Shown here in pieces: positions 28,166 to 37,061 of a stretch of DNA of 64,000 bases. The DNA is taken from the NCBI GenBank assembly GCA_041389745.1, contig JAWKRF010000008.1, forward strand, positions 216,500 to 280,499, written 5' to 3'. Origin of the DNA: Polyangiaceae bacterium. GTDB taxonomy: Bacteria > Myxococcota_A > Polyangia > Polyangiales > Polyangiaceae. Made by a program: the position numbers and the translations under genes. Below the pieces are notes generated by a model, which did not search any database, had not been told where the DNA came from, and was given only the letters and a program-made list of their open reading frames with translations. Position 1 is the first letter of the stretch, and the number at the start of each line of letters is the position of its first letter.

Positions 28166-28669
28166 ATGCGGCGTCTGCGCATCACCCACACCTGGCGCGG
28201 TGCGCCGTTGTCGGTCGGTGCCCGTGTGGACCTCCGGCTGCTACACCAGCGCGATCTCGAAGTCCTCGTCGACGCACCTCTCTGGCCAGATTCGCTCCCG
28301 AGCGTGCCCCCCGGACGCGTTCCGGAGCTCTGGCGCTACAGCGTGGCCGAGCTGTTCATTTGGGGGGGAGGGGACCGCTATCTCGAGCTCGAGCTGGATC
28401 CTTACGGACACTGGTGGCTGCTCGAGCTCAGCACCTGGAGGCAGCGTCGCCGCGAGGAGCTACGCTGCGAGTACGCCATCGAATCGCGAGCCGAACGCTG
28501 GCGTGGTCGAGCCCGCCTCGCGGCGGAGCTGCTCCCTCCGCGACCCTGGAGGCTGAGCGCCTGCGCCATCTGGGGCGCGGCTCCGTGTCGGGAGTACGCC
28601 ATGAGCACGCCAACCGCCGGGGACCACCCAGACTTTCACCAGCCCGCCGCCTTCCAGCCCCCTTGGTGA
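28166..28669 (+). CDS. hypothetical protein, possibly CBM9/DOMON-like
   Basis: YLELELDPYGHWW and a C-terminal HPDFHQPAAF resemble carbohydrate-binding family 9-like proteins. A GTG at 28139 would overlap the previous stop as GTGA. Start uncertain. Confidence 0.35.
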   Translation: MRRLRITHTWRGAPLSVGARVDLRLLHQRDLEVLVDAPLWPDSLPSVPPGRVPELWRYSVAELFIWGGGDRYLELELDPYGHWWLLELSTWRQRRREELRCEYAIESRAERWRGRARLAAELLPPRPWRLSACAIWGAAPCREYAMSTPTAGDHPDFHQPAAFQPPW

Positions 28670-28711
28670 AGCTCGAGCCTGCTGGGCAGGGCGGTGAGGA
28701 ACAGCCTGCTG

Positions 28712-30700
28712 CTAGGGCGCGACGTCGCGTAGCTTGGCCTTGAACAGGGCGACTCGAACGGGCCCCTGCAGCGGGAGATACGGCAGACTGGCAACCGCTG
28801 GCAGGGTCTCCTCGCGCAGCTTCACCAGCTCCAGTCGAGCCTCGACGTCTTCGCAAAGCTTTTTTCCATCCGGAACCGAACACAGCGACGAGCGATAGTA
28901 GTAGAGCCGCGGCGAGCGGCTGATCGTGGGCATCTCAGCGGACAGGCGTGAAGAGTGGAAGTGTTCCTCGTCGTAGAGCGGGAGGAACAGCACGCGCTGT
29001 CCAACGCGATACACGTAGACCACGGTCGACCCATCGGGCAGCTCCTGCTTCCACGCGTTCGCCGCGCGGATCTCTCGCGCATCCGTGGGTAGCGTGAGGT
29101 AGCTCCTGGCGTACTCCCAGCCCCAGCCGAACCACAGCCCCACGATGCATGCGTAGGAGACAGTACGCCCGAGCAGATTCAGGCGGACGAGCCAGCCCGC
29201 GAAGACCGCCAGCGCTGCGGGCAAGTACAGCCAGTACACCGCGTGCGTGATCAGCGGCGAAGCGCTCCTCAGCGGGTTGTTGCCAAGCGCGACTGCGACG
29301 ACCACGCTGGCGCACAGGGCGGGGACGATGGCGTCGCGCCGAAGCTTGGCGAGCCCCCAGAGCACGGGGAACAGCGCCAGGCCCATCGCCGCGAGAGAGG
29401 TCCGAAAGCTCACCCTGGGCAGCCACAGCTTGCCGAGTTCGCCAGTGAGCACCCCGGCCATCTCGACCATCGAGGTCGCGAGCACGAGCCCAGCGATACC
29501 AGCCGCGATCAGCGCAGCACGGGTCGCGCGGCGCCGCAGCGGGCCCTGTAGGCAGAGCGGAGCGACGCCGGTGAGCGCCAGCGGCGTCCAGGCGACTGGG
29601 TGGACCCGCGCTGCTTGGCCGATCAGCAGAGCCGCAGCCAGCGTGCCGAGGAGGAGGAGCCACCAGCGCTGTCCGACGAGCTCGTGGCGCGGTTGAGCGG
29701 CGGTCACCATCGCCAGACAGGCCAGCACCCCGAGGCCCGACGTGGTTGCGAAATAGGACTCCCCTCCGGCGAGCCGCGCGGCCAGGGGATCCAGCGCCAG
29801 CCCGGCGACCACCAACCAGGACAGGCGACGCGATAGCCCCGCGGAGCGCACGATGCCGAAGGTGGCGGGAAGCATCAGCGCGAACAGCGCGCTGTTGATG
29901 GCGTAGATCGCCGTCTCGGGCGACATGCGTGACGCGAGCCAGCCGTAAACCTCCGCGTAGCCCGGGCCATAGATGCTGGCGTTTGGGCTGCGCTCCAGAG
30001 CCAAGAGGACCCAGAGTGGCCCCTGGCCGTTCTGGTGGAAGGTGGCAGGGGGCACCAGATGCCAGCGCAGCCACGCCACAGCGCCGGCAACGCCGAGCAG
30101 CAGAACGGCGTCACGCAAGGCATATTTCCTTGCGGCAATTGTAAGCAGCTTGAGACGCAGACTCAGAGTGACAGCCAGCAGCAGCAACCCGAGCGCGAGG
30201 AGGCGCGGGGTCTTCCTGCTCGAGTCCTTCTCCTCCGGCTCTGGCAGAGGTGGCGGACCCGCCCGGGTCACGCACTCGACCATCGCGTCCAAAGTGTCTC
30301 GACTCGTCCGGGGTTCGAGGTTCCAGTTCGGGTACTCGCCGAGCGGCTGGATGCTCGTGTCGCCGACACGACGGAATGAGCGCTCCGAAGCGCGCTTCAG
30401 TTCGATGGGTAGCTCGGCTCCTGTCTCGAGCCGTGCGGAACCAACGATCACCCCGGGCGGGCACGCTCGTACCTCGAAGCGGAAGTCCGGGTTGGTGCAG
30501 CGATCCGCCCATGCCTGCTGCTCGGGGCAATCGGCGAAGGCTCGTGAGCAGATGCTCGACAGCACCAGCAGCAGCGCCAGGCAGAGCCCGAACCGCGCTG
30601 GGCGTGATGGCCGGTGGGGCCGCCTCTCGGACGTCTTCGACCTCCAATGAGCCGCGCGGCGGAGGGGACCCGCCGCGGATCGCAGGATGTAGGGGGGCAT
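28712..30700 (-). CDS. hypothetical polytopic membrane protein (GT-C/ArnT-like architecture)
   Basis: ATG at 30700. Signal-like FGLCLALLLVLSSICSRAFA, a small Cys-containing N-domain, about 11 TM helices and a soluble C-terminal domain. The architecture recalls GT-C glycosyltransferases, but I saw no diagnostic motif. Confidence 0.4.
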   Translation of the reverse strand: MPPYILRSAAGPLRRAAHWRSKTSERRPHRPSRPARFGLCLALLLVLSSICSRAFADCPEQQAWADRCTNPDFRFEVRACPPGVIVGSARLETGAELPIELKRASERSFRRVGDTSIQPLGEYPNWNLEPRTSRDTLDAMVECVTRAGPPPLPEPEEKDSSRKTPRLLALGLLLLAVTLSLRLKLLTIAARKYALRDAVLLLGVAGAVAWLRWHLVPPATFHQNGQGPLWVLLALERSPNASIYGPGYAEVYGWLASRMSPETAIYAINSALFALMLPATFGIVRSAGLSRRLSWLVVAGLALDPLAARLAGGESYFATTSGLGVLACLAMVTAAQPRHELVGQRWWLLLLGTLAAALLIGQAARVHPVAWTPLALTGVAPLCLQGPLRRRATRAALIAAGIAGLVLATSMVEMAGVLTGELGKLWLPRVSFRTSLAAMGLALFPVLWGLAKLRRDAIVPALCASVVVAVALGNNPLRSASPLITHAVYWLYLPAALAVFAGWLVRLNLLGRTVSYACIVGLWFGWGWEYARSYLTLPTDAREIRAANAWKQELPDGSTVVYVYRVGQRVLFLPLYDEEHFHSSRLSAEMPTISRSPRLYYYRSSLCSVPDGKKLCEDVEARLELVKLREETLPAVASLPYLPLQGPVRVALFKAKLRDVAP

Positions 30701-30965
30701 CTGTTCAGCTTGGAAGCGTGCTCCGCCCACCTCGCCTATCAACGAGCGAGGAGCGGAAATCCTGCTGGATCATGCCCCACTCTCCAGAGAATGGGCAGCG
30801 GCGTGGAGGTTCGATGTGGGGAAACGCTCTGCTCGGCTTGACTCTCGGGCACCGGCGGTGAATCAGAATGTGTTCCCTGACAGTGGGGTACCCCTGGCGC
30901 TTGTGCCAGCGGAGTGCTGGGCGCTCTACCGTTGTTTCAATGCGCTCAGCAAGACAGAGAGAGAG

Positions 30966-31430
30966 ATGGCAAAGAAACTGTTTGTTGGCGGTCTGTCCTG
31001 GTCCACGGACGAGGCAAGTTTGCGTAGCGCGTTCGAGCGCTTTGGTGAGGTTCAGGAGGCAGTGGTCGTGAGCGACCGCGAGACAGGACGTTCCCGTGGC
31101 TTCGGCTTCGTGACGTTCGTGGATGACGCTTGTGGTGATCAAGCGATCCAGGAGATGAATGACACGGTGCTCGACGGACGCACCGTGGCCGTCAACGAGG
31201 CACGTGAGCGCGCACCCCGTGGTGGTGGTGGCTTCGGTGGTGGCGGCGGCGGCTATGGCGGCGGCGGCCGTGGTGGTCGCGGCGGCGGCGGCGGTGGTGG
31301 TGGCTACGGCGGCGGCGGTGGCGGCGGCTACGGCGGCGGCGGTGGCGGCGGCGGTCGTGGCGGCGGTCGTGGCGGTGGTCGTGGCGGTCGCGGTCGCGGT
31401 CGCGATGATGGTGGTGGTCGCGACTGGTGA
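30966..31430 (+). CDS. RRM-domain RNA-binding protein with long Gly/Arg/Tyr-rich tail
   Basis: MAKKLFVGGLSW (RNP2) and RGFGFVTF (RNP1), then about 70 aa of GGGG/RGG/GGY repeats ending RGRGRDDGGGRDW. Confidence 0.9.
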   Translation: MAKKLFVGGLSWSTDEASLRSAFERFGEVQEAVVVSDRETGRSRGFGFVTFVDDACGDQAIQEMNDTVLDGRTVAVNEARERAPRGGGGFGGGGGGYGGGGRGGRGGGGGGGGYGGGGGGGYGGGGGGGGRGGGRGGGRGGRGRGRDDGGGRDW

Positions 31431-31454
31431 TCTGACCCCAACGAAACACAGAAC

Positions 31455-31480
31455 GGAAAGGCGGCCTAGGCCGCCTTTCC
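31455..31480. terminator. bidirectional intrinsic terminator (perfect 26-nt palindrome)
   Basis: GGAAAGGCGGCCTAGGCCGCCTTTCC. An 11-bp GC-rich stem flanked by T-rich runs on both strands, placed exactly between convergent stops at 31430 and 31481. Confidence 0.8.
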
Positions 31481-32377
31481 TCATTTCGCGCTGGGGACTC
31501 GCGTGCGGTTGGCGAGCACGATCAGGGGGAGCAAGGCGCCGAGCGCCAGCCACAGACCGCGCGGCAACGTTTCGTTGAGCAACCAGCCGGCGATCAGCAT
31601 GCTGAACAGGGGCTGCAGGAGCTGTAGCTGGCTGGCGCGTGCGATACCAGCGCGTGCGAGGCCGGCGTACCAGACGACGAACGCCAGGAACATGCTGACC
31701 AGACTGACGTAGCCAAAACCCAGCCACGCGCTCAGCGGGACGCCGGCTGGGTCTGGCAGGCCGCAGTAGACGACGAAGACGCACGTCGGAAGCCAGGCAA
31801 TCACCAGTGCCCAGGCGATGACTCGCAGGCCACCGAGCTCTCTGCTGAGCCGCGCGCCCTCGGCGTAGCCGTAGGAGACGACGACCGTCGCTAGCAGCAG
31901 CCAGACGTCGTCAGTCGAGAGACGCCCGTCACCGCTGATCACACAGAACGTCAGCACGACCAGCGTGGCCGAGGTGCTCACCAGCCAGAACCAGCGCGAG
32001 ACTCGTTCACCAGTGCGGAACACCGCCCAGGCGGCGGTGAGCAGCGGCGCGAGACCCACGACCAGAGCCGCATGGGAGGCAGGAACGTGGGTCAACGCTC
32101 GGGCGGTGAGGAGAGGAAATCCGATCACCACTCCGAGGGCGACCTGGACCAAGCCCCAGAGCTGGTGGCGCGAGGGCGAGCGGGAGCGCGTCACCACGAG
32201 CACGAGCGCTGCGAGCACGCCGGCGACGCAGGCCCGGCCGAGGCCGACCGTCACCGCCCCCAGGTGAGGAACGGCGGCTCGAGTTGCGGGCATGCTGCCA
32301 CTGAACCCGATGACGCCGAGCAGCGTCAGCAGTAGCGCTCCCGGGGGTGACTTGATAACGTTATCGCGTGTCTTCAC
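31481..32377 (-). CDS. DMT superfamily (EamA) transporter
   Basis: Ten-TM-like profile. GTG at 32377 is the first plausible start upstream of TM1 (GALLLTLLGVIGF). The longer ORF to 32515 is Arg/Ala-rich shadow. Confidence 0.7.
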   Translation of the reverse strand: MKTRDNVIKSPPGALLLTLLGVIGFSGSMPATRAAVPHLGAVTVGLGRACVAGVLAALVLVVTRSRSPSRHQLWGLVQVALGVVIGFPLLTARALTHVPASHAALVVGLAPLLTAAWAVFRTGERVSRWFWLVSTSATLVVLTFCVISGDGRLSTDDVWLLLATVVVSYGYAEGARLSRELGGLRVIAWALVIAWLPTCVFVVYCGLPDPAGVPLSAWLGFGYVSLVSMFLAFVVWYAGLARAGIARASQLQLLQPLFSMLIAGWLLNETLPRGLWLALGALLPLIVLANRTRVPSAK

Positions 32378-32390
32378 GAAAGAAGATAAC
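32354..32390. promoter_or_regulatory. GATAAC half-site cluster: palindrome GATAACGTTATC plus a third GATAAC 31 bp away (candidate MocR operator)
   Basis: Perfect 12-bp palindrome at 32354-32365 and GATAAC at 32385-32390. AT-rich motifs sit at the junction of the divergent EamA and MocR genes. Confidence 0.45.
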
Positions 32391-32424
32391 AGAACGCGGC
32401 TCGAGCGCCAGCGCCGTCGAGCGC

Positions 32425-33786
32425 GTGGAGCGACGGCTGCGCGAGCGGTGCCTGGCGGGGGCCGTTGGCGAGCGGTTGCCCAGTGTGCGTCAGCTGATGC
32501 GCGAGCTGGGCGCAAGCCCGGTGACGATCTCTCGTGCGCTCAAGCAGCTCGAGCTGGAAGGCCTTCTGCATGCTCAACCCGGCGCAGGTACATTCATTGC
32601 CGCGCAGAAACGCGCTACCGCTCGGTTCGACCTGTCTTGGCAATCGTTGGTGCTGGGGCCCGCGCCCCCGGCCGCCGCGCTGCACGCGCTGGTGAGCGGC
32701 GCGGCGCCTGGCAGCATTCAGCTCGCGAGCGGCTACGCGGACCCAAGCTTGCTCCCGGTCAAGGAGCTCTCCCGTGCCGCGCGTCGTGCTCTGAACAGCG
32801 GAAGCGGCTGGGATCGCGCGCCGCTCTCGGGGATGTCAGAGCTGCGGCGCTGGTTCGCGGTGAACGTCGGTCCTGACCACGCAGAGGAGGACGTGCTGGT
32901 GGTGCAAGGTGGTCAGGCGGCCATTCACACCGTCTTCCGCGCGCTGACGAGACCCGGTGGGAGTCTGCTCGTGGAGAGTCCAACGTACCTTGGAGCGCTG
33001 GAGGTCGCGCGCGCGCTGGGCGTCGACGTGGTGCCCGTGCCGAGCGACTCGCAGGGGGTGATCCCCGAGTTCCTCGAGCGCGCCTTCGAGCAGAGTCGCG
33101 CGCCCGCCTTCTACTGTCAGCCCTTGCATCAGAACCCAACGGGCGCGGTGCTGGCCGCGGAGCGCCGTGACGCGGTGCTGGAGATCGCGCAGCGCCACAC
33201 CGCCTTCGTGATCGAGGACGACTACGCTCGCGGCTTGACCTACGAAGGCTCGCCGCCGTCGACCCTCGCGAGCCAGGCGCCCGGTCAGGTGGTCTACATC
33301 CGTTCGTTGACCAAGTGTCTGGCGGCGAGCCTGCGGGTCGCGGCGATCTGCGGGAAGGGGCCGGTGCTCGAGCGGGTGGCGAAGGCGCGCGTGCTCGAGG
33401 ACTTCTTCGTGCCGCGGTTGTTGCAGGAGACTGCGCTGGGGCTGGTGACCAGCGCGGCCTTCGACCGGCACCTGGCGCGCTTGAGGCGCGCGCTCTCCGA
33501 GCGCATGCAGTGCTTGCTGGAGGCCCTGGCGGCGCGCTTGCCGGGGTTCTCCCTGGTGGTGCCGCCGAGCGGCGGCTTCAACGCCTGGCTCGAGCTTCCT
33601 CCCGGCGAGTCGGCGGCGGTGCTCTGCGAGCGCGCTGCCAGGGTCGGGGTGCGGATCAACGATGGAGCACCCTGGTTCCCTGCGGAGCCGACCGGGCAGT
33701 TCGCGCGCATCAGTGTAGCGGGCGCCACACCGCAGGAGATCCGCCTCGGGGTGGAGCGCCTGGCGCTGGCTGCCCAGGCGAGCTAG
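32425..33786 (+). CDS. MocR/PdxR-type regulator (GntR HTH fused to a class I aminotransferase-like domain)
   Basis: GERLPSVRQLMRELGASPVTISRALKQLELEGLL (GntR wHTH). An aminotransferase-fold domain follows, with SLTKCLAASLR (PLP-lysine context). Start is GTG 32425 or GTG 32368. Confidence 0.85.
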   Translation: MERRLRERCLAGAVGERLPSVRQLMRELGASPVTISRALKQLELEGLLHAQPGAGTFIAAQKRATARFDLSWQSLVLGPAPPAAALHALVSGAAPGSIQLASGYADPSLLPVKELSRAARRALNSGSGWDRAPLSGMSELRRWFAVNVGPDHAEEDVLVVQGGQAAIHTVFRALTRPGGSLLVESPTYLGALEVARALGVDVVPVPSDSQGVIPEFLERAFEQSRAPAFYCQPLHQNPTGAVLAAERRDAVLEIAQRHTAFVIEDDYARGLTYEGSPPSTLASQAPGQVVYIRSLTKCLAASLRVAAICGKGPVLERVAKARVLEDFFVPRLLQETALGLVTSAAFDRHLARLRRALSERMQCLLEALAARLPGFSLVVPPSGGFNAWLELPPGESAAVLCERAARVGVRINDGAPWFPAEPTGQFARISVAGATPQEIRLGVERLALAAQAS

Positions 33787-33820
33787 GGACTCGGCGGGTG
33801 AGCCGAGGCGCCGCGGACGC

Positions 33821-34192
33821 CTAGACTAACCCCCAGAAATGCCGCAACACGAGCCCCAGCCCCAGGCTCAAGCCGTTCAAGATCAAGGAGATCGCGAGCG
33901 CTCGGTGGATGCCCAGGCCCCGGACGCCGAAGAAGTAGATCCCCGCCTCGACGCATACGGCGAACAGCTCTGCCAGGATCATCGCCGGGATGAAGTCCAG
34001 GCCGATGAAGGGAAAGACGAACCAGACGAAGGGGTGCGTGACGCCGCTGCCAAGCAGGAGGAGTCCGAGGCGTCGCGGCACACTGGCTCGCCGTCCCAGC
34101 ATGAACACACCGCAGCCGACCTCGATCAGCCAGGTGAAGCACAGCGCCCTGAGCCAGGCGACGACGTAGGCAGCGCCCATGGTTGCTAGCAT
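33821..34192 (-). CDS. hypothetical small membrane protein (four TM)
   Basis: ATG at 34192 gives MLATMGAAYVVAWLRALCF... It starts 8 nt downstream of the preceding membrane-protein gene. The rest of ORF 33821..34795 overlaps that gene in another frame. Confidence 0.45.
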   Translation of the reverse strand: MLATMGAAYVVAWLRALCFTWLIEVGCGVFMLGRRASVPRRLGLLLLGSGVTHPFVWFVFPFIGLDFIPAMILAELFAVCVEAGIYFFGVRGLGIHRALAISLILNGLSLGLGLVLRHFWGLV

Positions 34193-34200
34193 CGAAGCAA

Positions 34201-35496
34201 TTACCGTGCGGAACTCGGAGTCGCGAGGAGCCCGCGCCTCAGCAGGAACACCCACAGCGCCAGCTCCAGGTATGCGTGGAAGCCCGCGATGCTGAGGTAC
34301 ACGTGGCGCGCGCCAGTGGCGTCGACGGTGGCGCCGAGCAGCAGCGCGAGGCTGCCCAGCACCAGGAGCGCGAGCCCAAAGGCGCCGAAGTCGCTCAACC
34401 AACCCTTGCAGGTCATGCGGAAGGTCGGGCTGCCCTGGGCGCGGGTGTCGCTCTGCGGGATGCAGTAGAGCCACAGCGTGTAGTGCATCGACTGCAGCGC
34501 GGCATAGCAGAGCGTGAGCCCCAGGCTCCACCGCGAGGGTCCGAACGGTGCGAGCCAGCGAGACGCCTCGACCACGTCGAAGCCCCAGAGCTCGAGCACG
34601 CCGTGACGCAGCGTGAACTCCTGGGTCGGGAGCCAGAGCAGGCCGAGCACGCTGAGCGTACACAGCAGCGCCGGGAGCAACACCCAGCGTCGACTCCGAT
34701 CGCCGCAGGCCCCCGCCGCGAATAACTGCACCCAGAGCAGCAGCGCGATCGGGTTGTGAGCGTGGGCGAGCACCAGGCGGCTCTCGTAGGGCCACAGCTG
34801 TCCGCTTGCCGTGAGGAACACGATCAGCGCCGCGAGCGCAGCGCCTTTCGAGGCGTTCGGTCGCGCGCCCCGAGCAGCTCGTGCGTCACCACCCGCCCAC
34901 CAGGCGACGCCGAGCCAGAGGCTCGCGACGCCAACCTCGAGGCGGCCCGCGACCCCGCCCAGGGCGTGGAGGCTCTCCAGGCCCCGCAGAGCCAACAGGC
35001 TCGAGCACGCCGCGATGACGACGCTCAAGAATCCGCGCGGCAACGCGCGGCGCAGCACCAGGTGGCGTACGTCGCTGGCCAGGTGTGGGACGCCGAGCGC
35101 CAGGGGACCGACCAGCAGGAGCCAGGCAGGCGCGAGCACGCTGAGCACCAACGCCAGCATGATGCCGCCGCTCGCCAGCAGCGCGAGGCGGCGCTCCCGA
35201 CGAACCAGCAGCGGCCCCACCCGGCTGGCCGCGAGCCAGCCGAGCAGCTGGCCGCGCACTCGGTCCAGCCACCACGCCTCGCGGGTGCGCGCCGCGAGCG
35301 ATGGGCTGCTGGAGAGGTCGAGGCTTGCCACGCTCCCCCGATCGAGGCCGACGGCGCGGGTCCGCGTCAAGCGCTTGGCGCAACCACGAGCGGATCCGTC
35401 CGATCGAACTGCGTTCAAGCATCCAGCGACGTGGCCGTATTGGCCATTAGGTTCGCGCTTGAGCGCGCGGCTCTCCGCAGGACGCGAGGAGTTCAT
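34201..35496 (-). CDS. hypothetical polytopic membrane protein with four His-containing motifs
   Basis: TM-rich ORF with GVPHLASDVRH, LAHAHNPIA, LQSMHYTLW and IAGFHAYLE. Start is uncertain: ATG 35496 shares a CATG with the divergent gene start, and GTG 35331 is an alternative. Confidence 0.5.
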   Translation of the reverse strand: MNSSRPAESRALKREPNGQYGHVAGCLNAVRSDGSARGCAKRLTRTRAVGLDRGSVASLDLSSSPSLAARTREAWWLDRVRGQLLGWLAASRVGPLLVRRERRLALLASGGIMLALVLSVLAPAWLLLVGPLALGVPHLASDVRHLVLRRALPRGFLSVVIAACSSLLALRGLESLHALGGVAGRLEVGVASLWLGVAWWAGGDARAARGARPNASKGAALAALIVFLTASGQLWPYESRLVLAHAHNPIALLLWVQLFAAGACGDRSRRWVLLPALLCTLSVLGLLWLPTQEFTLRHGVLELWGFDVVEASRWLAPFGPSRWSLGLTLCYAALQSMHYTLWLYCIPQSDTRAQGSPTFRMTCKGWLSDFGAFGLALLVLGSLALLLGATVDATGARHVYLSIAGFHAYLELALWVFLLRRGLLATPSSAR

Positions 35497-36136
35497 GATG
35501 AGCAAGAAGTTCTCCAACCCACCCACCCTGGCCCCGACTCGGGGGAGCTTTCGGCTCTCCGAGCCACCTTCCTTCCGCTGGTTTCGCGACCTGCCGTCGA
35601 TGAGTGGGCCGCCGAGCGTGCCCCCGGAAGCCGAAGCCGGCGAGCGCAAGCGCTTGCAGGCCCACGTCCACAGCCTGGAGGAGCAGCTCGAGAGCCTGAA
35701 GAGCGCGCACCTCGGGGCGATCGAGGCGCTGGAGAGCGACTTCGAGCGTCGCTTGGAGGATCACACCCGGCAGTCCGGGTTGCTGCTACAGCGCGTGCAG
35801 TCCGAGCAGCGAGAGCTGCTTCGAGCCTACGAAGACCTCGATCTGTACGCGGCACGCCTGGAGGCAGATCGCGTCGGGGCGCGCCACGCCCAGGCGCAGC
35901 TCTTGGGGGAGCGTGACCGCGCGCGGCGCGAGGTCGAGGAGCTGCGTCAGCTGGTGGAGCAGTACGAGAACGAACGCGTCTCGGTGGTGCGCAACCCGTT
36001 CAGCGAGGTTCCCGGTGCTGGCGAGGGGGGCTACCCCGAGAGCGCCATCCACCGTGTCAGCAGCGTGCGTCAGGTGCTGCGTCCGTCGCCTTCGATGAGC
36101 GACGAACTGGAACCCCAGAAGCGTCGGGTCGGTTGA
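35495..36136 (+). CDS. hypothetical coiled-coil protein
   Basis: ATG at 35495 preceded by GAGGAG. There is a long heptad-like charged region (LQAHVHSLEEQLESLKSAH...REVEELRQLVEQYENE). Confidence 0.55.
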   Translation: MMSKKFSNPPTLAPTRGSFRLSEPPSFRWFRDLPSMSGPPSVPPEAEAGERKRLQAHVHSLEEQLESLKSAHLGAIEALESDFERRLEDHTRQSGLLLQRVQSEQRELLRAYEDLDLYAARLEADRVGARHAQAQLLGERDRARREVEELRQLVEQYENERVSVVRNPFSEVPGAGEGGYPESAIHRVSSVRQVLRPSPSMSDELEPQKRRVG

Positions 36137-36194
36137 CAGAGTCCGGAGAGCATACCTGACTCGAGCCGCGAGGTGCGCTAGCCCTGGCGGCTTC

Positions 36195-37061
36195 ATGCTG
36201 GCCGCTTCCCTCGCCCTGGTGATCGCCGTCCTGAGCAGCCTGGGCTGGGCCGCGTTCGACGCGTCCCGCAAGGCGCTGGTGCGCCACGCCAGCCCCGCTT
36301 GCCTGGTGGTGCTCTTCGGCGCAGGACAGCTGCCTTGCTTCGTGCTCGGAGTGTTGATCTGGGGCGCCCCAGAGCTGAGCCTGGCCTACGTTCGCCCGGG
36401 GCTGACCTGCCTGGTCGCGAACGTCGCAGCCAACCTGCTCTTTTTTCACGCGGTAAAGCTGTCGCCGATCAGCCGTACGGTGCCTCTGTTGGCGCTCACT
36501 CCGGTATTCGCGGCACTGATCGGCTACCTGCTCCTGGACGAGCACCCCTCTCCGCGTCAGTGGGGCGGAATTGGCGTGATCGTGCTCGGCGCCTGGTCGC
36601 TGAACGCTGGCCAGGGCCTGAAGGGATTGGTGCTCGGCGTGCTGCGCGAGCGTGGCAGCCTCTACATGGCGTTGGTCGCCGGCGCCTGGGCCATTTCGGC
36701 CACCAACGACAAGCTCGCACTGCCTCACGCCAACGTGGCGTTTCACGCCAGCGTCCAGACCGGAGGGGTGATGCTGGTCGTGCTGATCTGGCTCCTGGTT
36801 CAGGGGCGGGGGCGAGAGCTCGCCGCGGCTCGCGAGCACTGGCTGGCGCTGGGCGTGGGCGTGTTCGTCAGCGTGGCGGCTCTGGGGCTGCAGCTGATCG
36901 CGATTCAGACGCTGCTGGTCAGCTTGGTGGAGGCCATCAAGCGCGCCTTCGGCGTGGTCGGCTCCGTGGTCAGTGGTCGGGCGCTCTTCAGGGAGCCGGT
37001 CACGCCGAGCATGCTGGTCGCCTGCGGTCTGCTCAGCCTGGGTGTTTTTCTGCTGATCTGA
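36195..37061 (+). CDS. DMT superfamily (EamA) transporter
   Basis: 288-aa ORF with a ten-TM profile and two EamA-like halves. Confidence 0.75.
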   Translation: MLAASLALVIAVLSSLGWAAFDASRKALVRHASPACLVVLFGAGQLPCFVLGVLIWGAPELSLAYVRPGLTCLVANVAANLLFFHAVKLSPISRTVPLLALTPVFAALIGYLLLDEHPSPRQWGGIGVIVLGAWSLNAGQGLKGLVLGVLRERGSLYMALVAGAWAISATNDKLALPHANVAFHASVQTGGVMLVVLIWLLVQGRGRELAAAREHWLALGVGVFVSVAALGLQLIAIQTLLVSLVEAIKRAFGVVGSVVSGRALFREPVTPSMLVACGLLSLGVFLLI

